DNA from: an uncultured Bacteroidales bacterium
GTDB lineage: Bacteria > Bacteroidota > Bacteroidia > Bacteroidales > P3
NCBI GenBank assembly: GCA_947168515.1
Contig: CAMVMF010000002.1
Span: forward strand, 62,504 to 126,503
Direction of reading: 5' to 3'
DNA length: 64,000 bases
Of the stretch, positions 58,028 through 64,000 are shown one piece after another (positions within the stretch are counted from its first letter, which is position 1; each line of letters opens with the position of its first letter). A model generated the notes under the pieces. That model saw nothing but the letters and a program-made list of their open reading frames with translations, had not been told where the DNA came from and made no database searches. The position numbers and the translations under genes are program-made.

Positions 58028-58178
58028 TATCCGCATTGCACCGAAGAAGCCTCGGAGAGGCTTAATCTCAATAACCCCATACAAGAAAATCTCCGATTTT
58101 CGCAGTGTGGGGATTGGAATCAACCCCATAAGTGCGTCTCGGAGAGACGCGATTTCATATTTCGGACGATAGCGGATA
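58028..58178 (+). mobile_element. MITE-like hairpin-rich element, copy B
   Basis: Termini are tatccgca and agcggata. The first ~100 nt are near-identical to the reverse complement of 26053-26204. It fills the gap between the AKR stop (58014) and the tatA start (58202). Confidence 0.55.
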
Positions 58179-58201
58179 ATCATTATTAATAATTGATAAC
58201 C

Positions 58202-58426
58202 ATGAAACTACTTTTTCTAGGTACGTGGGAGATAATCCTGATTGTTCTGGTGGTTCTGCTGCTGTTTGGTGGCAAGAAGATTCCAGAACTGATGAAAGGG
58301 GTGGGCAAAGGCGTGAAGAGCTTCAAGGATGGTATGAACGGCATTGAGGATGCCGCCAATACCTCCAACAACAATACCTCCAAATCCCCCGAAACCAAGC
58401 ATGACGGCTCGCAGCCAGAGGTTTGA
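58202..58426 (+). CDS. tatA: Twin-arginine translocase subunit TatA/E
   Basis: [44 protein letters not shown]. Confidence 0.85.
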   Translation: MKLLFLGTWEIILIVLVVLLLFGGKKIPELMKGVGKGVKSFKDGMNGIEDAANTSNNNTSKSPETKHDGSQPEV

Positions 58427-58436
58427 CCACTAACAC

Positions 58437-59210
58437 TTGCCCAAGGTGGATTTCTGGGATCATCTGGATGAGTTGCGCTCCTGTCTGCTCAAAGCGTTGG
58501 CGGCGGTGGTGATATGTGCTGTGGCTGCTTTCTGCTGCAAGGAGTGGCTTTTCGCCATCGTGATGGCCCCCAGCAAAAGCACCTTTGTCACCTACCGTCT
58601 GTTCACCAGTTTGACAGGGGTGAACAGCGACTTCCATATCGATCTCTTCAATCCCGAACTGGCACAACAGTTTCTGGTGCATATGCGGGTGGCACTCTGG
58701 ATGGGATTGCTCATCGTGTCGCCCTATGTGTTGTACCTTCTTTTTCATTTTATCGCCCCGGGCCTCTATGCCCATGAGCGCAAGTATGCCGTCCGTGCCG
58801 TGGGCAGTGGCTACTTGATGTTCCTGATGGGCGTAGCCCTCAACTATTTCATTATCTTCCCTCTCACCTTCCGCTTCTTGGGCACCTATCAGGTCAGTCC
58901 CGAGGTGCCTAACCAGATAGCCCTCACCTCCTATATCAGCATGTTGCTGATGCTGTGTCTGGTGATGGGCATTGTGTTTGAATTGCCTGTGTTGTGCTGG
59001 CTACTGGCCAAAATGGGGGTGCTTAAGGCCGAGTTTATGACGCGCTACCGTAAGCACGCCATCGTTGTCATTGTCATCCTCGCCGCCGTTATCACGCCCA
59101 CGGGCGATGCCATCACCATGTCTGTTGTCGCACTCCCCATCTACCTGCTCTACGAAGTGAGCGTGCGGGTGGTCAAGCGGGTAACGTTAAGCAAGGCTTC
59201 AGCAGGTTAA
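58437..59210 (+). CDS. tatC: Twin-arginine translocase subunit TatC
   Basis: FWDHLDELRSCL at the N-terminus and six TM segments. It uses a non-ATG start (TTG 58437 or GTG 58446). Confidence 0.9.
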   Translation: MPKVDFWDHLDELRSCLLKALAAVVICAVAAFCCKEWLFAIVMAPSKSTFVTYRLFTSLTGVNSDFHIDLFNPELAQQFLVHMRVALWMGLLIVSPYVLYLLFHFIAPGLYAHERKYAVRAVGSGYLMFLMGVALNYFIIFPLTFRFLGTYQVSPEVPNQIALTSYISMLLMLCLVMGIVFELPVLCWLLAKMGVLKAEFMTRYRKHAIVVIVILAAVITPTGDAITMSVVALPIYLLYEVSVRVVKRVTLSKASAG

Positions 59211-59255
59211 ACTGCAGTTTCCGCCCATTATCACAACCCCTTTTACATATTGGTT

Positions 59256-61976
59256 ATGAAGAAAATCATATTATTGATGATGGCGTTGTCCGGAATGTCG
59301 GCCGTCTTTGCGCAACAGGCGGCACAGGCATTGGCCCAGCGTCTGCTTGGCGACAAGGCTTCCCATTTCGTTTTTGTCAGAGTGGAGGCTGCTGCCGATT
59401 ACTATACTTTGGAACAAAAAGTAGATTGTGTCTCCATTACTGCCAACAATGACAATTCCATGGCCATGGGCCTCAACTATTATCTCAAGGAGTACGCCCA
59501 CACCCATGTCTCATGGTATGCCAGTGAGCCTGTGGAGCTGCCCTCGGTGTTGCCCTCAGTGCCGCGCAAGGTCACCCATCAGTGCCAAATGCCTGTCCGT
59601 TTCTTTCTCAACTACTGCACTTATGGCTACACCATGGTGTGGTGGCAGTGGAAGGAGTGGGAGCGGTTCATCGACTGGATGGCCCTCAATGGAGTTAATA
59701 TGCCCCTGGCCTTGACGGGGCAGGAGGCGGTATGGCAGGAGGTCTGGCGTGAGATGGGCATGAACGACAACGAGATACGGGCCTATTTCAGCGGTCCCGC
59801 CCACTTGCCGTGGCACCGTATGGCCAATCTCGACGGTTTTGGAGGCCCGCTGCCGCAAGGATGGATCGACGAGCAGAAAGAGTTGCAAAAGAAGATCGTG
59901 GCCCGCGAGCGCGAATTGTGCATGACACCCGTTCTGCCCGCTTTTGCCGGCCATGTGCCCCGGCAGATAGCCTTGCGCTTTCCCCAGGCCGAAATACAGC
60001 AGCTCAGCAGTTGGTGCGGCTTCGAACCCACTTATTTCATGAACTCTACCGACAGCCTTTTTGCCGTCATCCAGCGCAAGTATTTGGAAAAGCAAACCGC
60101 CCTTTATGGCACCAATCATATCTATGGCATTGACCCGTTTAACGAAATGGACCCGCCCAGCTGGGAGCCCGACTATCTGGCCGATGTCTCGCGCAACATA
60201 TACGCTTCGCTCCAGCAGGTGGACCCTGATGCCCGATGGCTGCAGATGTCGTGGGTGTTCTATTATAAACAAAAGCAGTGGACTCCCGAACGACTGAGGG
60301 CGTATCTCACCGCGGTGCCACAGGGACGTTTGGTGCTGCTGGACTATTTCTGCGAGAAGACCGAGGTGTGGCGCCAGACCGAGGGATTCTTCGGACAGCC
60401 TTTCATCTGGTGCTATCTGGGCAACTTCGGAGGCAATACCATGCTGCTGGGCGACCTCGATGTGCTCAACGACAAGCTCAGCCGGGCCTATGCCGACCAC
60501 GACGGCAATATGCTGGGCGTGGGTTCCACATTGGAAGGCTTCGATATCAGTCCGCATGTTTTTGAGTTTTTATTGGAGCACCCTTGGAATCAGGTCGGTA
60601 ATGCAGAAAGGGTAGGGGAGTTAGCCCACCGTTGGGCCGACATGCGCTACGGCAAGGCAAACGCCTATCAGCGTCAGGCGTGGCAGCTGCTCATCGACTC
60701 GGTGTATAAAGACTGGTCTTTTTACGGCCTAGGAACGCAAATGGTGGCGCGCCCCTCTCTGTCAGGTCATGGCACCTATTATACCAAACCGTTCTACTCA
60801 TACGACAACGCCACGCTGCTCCGTGCCATCCGTCTGATGCTGAAGGCTCCTTCTGCCCGCCAAAGCTATCGATACGACGTGGCCGTGTTGCTCTCGCAGT
60901 GGCTGGGTAACCATTTTATGGAGGTGCGCGATGCATACGCCGAAGCCTATCGCAAGGGTGATCGAAAGGGAATGACCCACTATCGTGCCATGGCCCAGGA
61001 GCTAATTCGTAGTGCCAACGACCTGCTGGTGGGCATCGACCCCTGTTCGTTGGATTCCTGGCTGGCGGCAGCCCGCCGATGGGGTACTTCGGAAAAGGAA
61101 CAGGACTATTATGAAACACAGGCCCGTACGCTCCCGACCATCTGGGGCGGTCCGGTACTCAATGATTATGGCAACCGTATGTGGGGCGGGCTGCTGGACC
61201 AATACTATCTCCGCCGTTGGAATCTTCTCTTTGATGCCCTCGACCAGTCTGTCCAGTTCCATATTCCTTTCAGCCAGCCTGCTTTCGACAGTTGCTTGCG
61301 CCAGTTCGAGAACCAATGGGCGCACCGCTTTTCTCCTAACCGGCGTGCACAAGTTACTACAACCGCACTCTTGCAACGAGCTCAATATATACTGCGCCGA
61401 ATAGACCAAGGGACATTTGATGTCCCCGACCGGGCCACCCGTGTCCTCACCGAGTACATGCGGTCCTATCCTCAGGCCCACTTGCAAGACATCTATAAGT
61501 CTTGTTTCCAAGATGTTTACGGCCCCGGGCACCTCATTCAGGATTCGGCCTCCTATGCCCAATATATCCTAGACGAAATCAGCCTGATGGACCCAGCCAA
61601 CCGGGCTTTTCCCGACTATGAATACACCGGCATTGAGGGCAACTTTGTGCGGGTCAATCTGCGTGTCGTTCAAGACGGTCGGGTCGACATAGGCCAATTC
61701 GTCAGCCTTTCGATGCAGAGTGCCCAACTCCAGCACCCAATGCCGGCCTACGAATGGAAAGGCACCTGGGAGCGCATTGCCGTAAAGGCTTCCCACGTCA
61801 CACCCCGCCCCAAGAATTACACGGCCGAGGCTGCCGCTCTCCACACCCATGTTAACAACGGCGGCAAGGCCGTCCACCACAGCCTGCGCTTCAATCAGTG
61901 CTACGCCCCCCACTACCGCCTCATCCGTCGCGACCTTTTTGAGAAGGAGCTGCTGCCTTTGCTCAGTACCCGCTAG
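59256..61976 (+). CDS. Alpha-N-acetylglucosaminidase (GH89, NAGLU-like) with a ~186-aa C-terminal extension
   Basis: Signal peptide, then NYCTYGYTMVWWQWKEWERFIDWMALNGVNMPLA, FSGPAHLPWHRMANL and TPVLPAFAGHVP. Confidence 0.9.
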   Translation: MKKIILLMMALSGMSAVFAQQAAQALAQRLLGDKASHFVFVRVEAAADYYTLEQKVDCVSITANNDNSMAMGLNYYLKEYAHTHVSWYASEPVELPSVLPSVPRKVTHQCQMPVRFFLNYCTYGYTMVWWQWKEWERFIDWMALNGVNMPLALTGQEAVWQEVWREMGMNDNEIRAYFSGPAHLPWHRMANLDGFGGPLPQGWIDEQKELQKKIVARERELCMTPVLPAFAGHVPRQIALRFPQAEIQQLSSWCGFEPTYFMNSTDSLFAVIQRKYLEKQTALYGTNHIYGIDPFNEMDPPSWEPDYLADVSRNIYASLQQVDPDARWLQMSWVFYYKQKQWTPERLRAYLTAVPQGRLVLLDYFCEKTEVWRQTEGFFGQPFIWCYLGNFGGNTMLLGDLDVLNDKLSRAYADHDGNMLGVGSTLEGFDISPHVFEFLLEHPWNQVGNAERVGELAHRWADMRYGKANAYQRQAWQLLIDSVYKDWSFYGLGTQMVARPSLSGHGTYYTKPFYSYDNATLLRAIRLMLKAPSARQSYRYDVAVLLSQWLGNHFMEVRDAYAEAYRKGDRKGMTHYRAMAQELIRSANDLLVGIDPCSLDSWLAAARRWGTSEKEQDYYETQARTLPTIWGGPVLNDYGNRMWGGLLDQYYLRRWNLLFDALDQSVQFHIPFSQPAFDSCLRQFENQWAHRFSPNRRAQVTTTALLQRAQYILRRIDQGTFDVPDRATRVLTEYMRSYPQAHLQDIYKSCFQDVYGPGHLIQDSASYAQYILDEISLMDPANRAFPDYEYTGIEGNFVRVNLRVVQDGRVDIGQFVSLSMQSAQLQHPMPAYEWKGTWERIAVKASHVTPRPKNYTAEAAALHTHVNNGGKAVHHSLRFNQCYAPHYRLIRRDLFEKELLPLLSTR

Positions 61977-62093
61977 TCGGATTACATCAGGTCGGCAAGC
62001 GTACTCTGCAATAGAGCGTGTTTTTGCTGCCCATTATGAACATCGTGTTGAAAAATATTTTGTTAAATATTTTGCAAACAGATAGTTTTTTAG

Positions 62094-62101
62094 TATTTTT
62101 G
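62094..62101 (+). promoter_or_regulatory. Bacteroidota -7 promoter box (TATTTTTG) upstream of upp
   Basis: Exact consensus match ending 65 nt upstream of the ATG at 62166. Confidence 0.45.
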
Positions 62102-62165
62102 CAAAGCAATTATTAGGTATGCCCATTGCAAAGAAACTTATTATAACGTTATAAATTACAACAAT

Positions 62166-62789
62166 ATGGCACTTCATATCATTAATCACCCAATGGTCCA
62201 ACACAAACTGACCATTATGCGCAAGAAAGAAACCGGAACCCGCGAATTCCGTGAATTGTTGAAAGAAATAGGTATGCTCATGGGGTACGAAGTCACCCGC
62301 GACTTTCCCTTGGTGACGGTGCAGATAGAAACCCCAATGCAGACGATGGTCGCCCATGAAATCGCTGGAAAAAAGGTGGTGGTAGTGCCTATACTCCGTG
62401 CGGGTTTGGGTATGGTGGATGGACTTCTTACCCTTATCCCTGCCGCCAAGGTCGGTCACATTGGCATGTATCGCGACGAAACTACCCACGAGCCGGTCTT
62501 CTACTACTATAAGATGCCCGAAGGCAAAGACCGCATGGTTATTCTCACCGACCCGATGCTTGCCACTGGCGGCAGTGCGTGCGATGCCATCCGTCGCCTG
62601 AAACAGGACGGCTACTCCAATATCCGCATGATGTGCCTGGTGGCCGCTCCCGAAGGCATCAAACGAGTCCAGTCTGAATTCCCCGAGGTGGACATCTACA
62701 CGGCCTCGTTGGACGAAAAGCTCAATGGGGACTGCTATATCCTCCCCGGTCTTGGCGATGCCGGCGACCGTATCTTTGGCACCAAATGA
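62166..62789 (+). CDS. upp: Uracil phosphoribosyltransferase
   Basis: [12 protein letters not shown], the PRPP loop [12 protein letters not shown] and the C-terminal [17 protein letters not shown]. Confidence 0.95.
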   Translation: MALHIINHPMVQHKLTIMRKKETGTREFRELLKEIGMLMGYEVTRDFPLVTVQIETPMQTMVAHEIAGKKVVVVPILRAGLGMVDGLLTLIPAAKVGHIGMYRDETTHEPVFYYYKMPEGKDRMVILTDPMLATGGSACDAIRRLKQDGYSNIRMMCLVAAPEGIKRVQSEFPEVDIYTASLDEKLNGDCYILPGLGDAGDRIFGTK

Positions 62790-62791
62790 CC

Positions 62792-62971
62792 CCGGATAAC
62801 CCGGATAACCCGGAAATCCCGGATAACCCGGAGCCCCCGGAATTTCCGGAATTACCGGAATTTCCGGCTCTTCCGGAATATCCGGTCTCCCCGGCTCCTC
62901 CGGAATATCCGGTCTCCCCGGTCCCTCCGGAGCCCCCTGAATCTATAGAATCTCCGTATAATCCGTTTCCC
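62792..62971. repeat. Tandem array of 20 in-phase 9-bp units with a CCGG(A) core
   Basis: Units read ccggataac, ccggataac, ccggaaatc, ccggataac, ccggagccc, ccggaattt, ccggaatta, ccggaattt, ccggctctt, ccggaatat, ccggtctcc, ccggctcct, ccggaatat, ccggtctcc, ccggtccct, ccggagccc, cctgaatct, atagaatct, ccgtataat, ccgtttccc. Confidence 0.95.
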
Positions 62972-62999
62972 ATTAAATAACAACAAAAAATCATTTTTT

Positions 63000-64000
63000 A
63001 TGGCTAAGATTTCTACCAATGAAGCGGTCTACGATGCCCGACAGTTGGGCAAGGGCCGCATGCTGGTGCTGGGCTTTCAGCACATGTTTGCCATGTTTGG
63101 TGCCACCATATTGGTGCCCACCATCACAGGTCTTTCGGTTTCCGCCACACTGTTGTTTGCCGGTCTGGGCACGTTGCTCTTCCACTGGTTCACCAAGATG
63201 AAGGTGCCAGCTTTTCTGGGCTCCAGCTTCGCCTTTCTTGGCGGCTACGCCACGGTAGTGGCCATGGGCGAGGGCTTGGGCATGACCCAGGTACAGGCTT
63301 TGCCCTATGCGTGTGTCGGTGTGGCTGCCGCGGGATTGCTCTACTTTGTGCTGGCAGCCTGTGTGAAGGCCTTTGGCGTCCATCGCGTGATGAAACTCTT
63401 CCCGCCGGTGGTTACTGGCCCCATCATCATTGCCATCGGCCTTATATTGGCCGGCAGCGCCATCAACAATATCCTCACCAATTGGTGGGTGGCTATCATC
63501 GCCATTCTCGTGGTTGTCGTTTGCAATATCTGGGGCAAGGGCATGATAAAGATTATCCCCATTCTGTTGGGTGTGTTGGTCTCCTATGTGGTGGCCGCCA
63601 TCTTTGGCCAGTTGGAGCCCACCAAGGTGCAGGCGCTCCACGATGCCGCCTGGGTGGGAGCCCCCTTCCAGTGGAACGACACGGGAATCTATGCCTTCGG
63701 TCAGGGCAACTGGAGTTTCCTGCTAACTGCCGTCATTGCCATCATGCCCATTGCTTTGGCCACCATGATCGAGCATGTCGGCGACATATTGGCCATCGGC
63801 TCCACCACCCAACGCAACTATATCGAGGACCCCGGCCTACACCGTACCCTCATGGGTGACGGCGCTGCCACCATACTGGCTTCGCTCTTTGGTGCACCGG
63901 CCAACACCACCTACGGTGAGAACACGGGCGTGCTGAACCTCACCCGTGTCTTCGACCCCCGCGTGATACGTATTGCTGCCGTCATTGCAGTCATCTTCAG
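63000..64000 (+). CDS. uraA: Uracil/xanthine permease (NCS2 family), 3' end cut by window edge
   Basis: Not in the ORF track because no stop is reached. Hand translation from the ATG at 63000 gives MAKISTNEAVYDARQLGKGRMLVLGFQHMFAMFGATILVPTITG... and NTTYGENTGVLNLTRVFDPRVIRIAAVIAV, with no in-frame stop to nt 64000. Confidence 0.85.
   Translation, partial: MAKISTNEAVYDARQLGKGRMLVLGFQHMFAMFGATILVPTITGLSVSATLLFAGLGTLLFHWFTKMKVPAFLGSSFAFLGGYATVVAMGEGLGMTQVQALPYACVGVAAAGLLYFVLAACVKAFGVHRVMKLFPPVVTGPIIIAIGLILAGSAINNILTNWWVAIIAILVVVVCNIWGKGMIKIIPILLGVLVSYVVAAIFGQLEPTKVQALHDAAWVGAPFQWNDTGIYAFGQGNWSFLLTAVIAIMPIALATMIEHVGDILAIGSTTQRNYIEDPGLHRTLMGDGAATILASLFGAPANTTYGENTGVLNLTRVFDPRVIRIAAVIAVIF

Noticed and set aside
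62991-63641. A 216-aa minus-strand ORF; also plus-strand 63311..63859 (182 aa).
   Set aside because: Both overlap, antisense or out of frame, the clear NCS2 uracil permease frame that starts at 63000 and stays open to the window end. Their composition is His/Gly/Arg-rich nonsense.

Overview
64-kb chromosomal segment that reads as Bacteroidota, probably a Prevotella-like Bacteroidales. This is inferred from the T9SS genes, TAnnTTTG -7 promoter boxes, a MurF-Alr fusion and overall gene content; no database search was possible. Layout: (1) 1-7.2 kb holds a visibly AT-richer Type I restriction-modification operon, hsdM (5' end cut by the window), hsdS and hsdR. (2) 7.5-17.8 kb is a minus-strand housekeeping block: DUF1846, DUF2147, floA-nfeD, clpS, ispF, then the T9SS genes porV and porU, then phzF. 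(3) 18.1-36 kb is a T9SS-centred accessory region. It contains a 2541-aa repeat-built T9SS cargo protein and a divergent PorP/SprF plus GldJ/PorK-family pair. These are followed by about 0.8 kb of mosaic non-coding repeats and a two-gene cassette (345-aa unknown protein plus 503-aa T9SS cargo) present as two near-identical 2.73-kb copies. (4) 36-43.3 kb holds an OstA-like gene, grpE, dnaJ, DUF2851 and murF-alr. (5) 43.4-48.2 kb is a loose minus-strand cluster of Pol-beta nucleotidyltransferase, HD hydrolase, ADP-ribosylglycohydrolase and AAA ATPase. (6) 48.6-64 kb holds GNAT, a hemerythrin-like/LuxR pair, MFS, polyferredoxin, YitT, CPBP protease, a Tat-signal aldo-keto reductase, tatA-tatC, a GH89 alpha-N-acetylglucosaminidase, upp and a 3'-truncated uracil permease. 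No rRNA, tRNA, CRISPR array, transposase or integrase was recognised. The leads most worth a second look are: a G8 homopolymer placed exactly between the two halves of hsdS; the near-identical duplicated T9SS cassette and the mosaic repeat field upstream of it; a ~150-bp hairpin-rich terminal-inverted-repeat element in two copies, one flanked by a perfect 14-bp direct repeat; a 20-unit in-phase 9-bp CCGGA-type array between upp and the uracil permease; and an array of TACTCA/TGAGTA palindromes in front of the AAA ATPase. All protein calls rest on motifs read from the supplied translations. Coordinates of non-coding features were counted by hand, anchored to ORF-track coordinates where possible, and may be off by a base or two.
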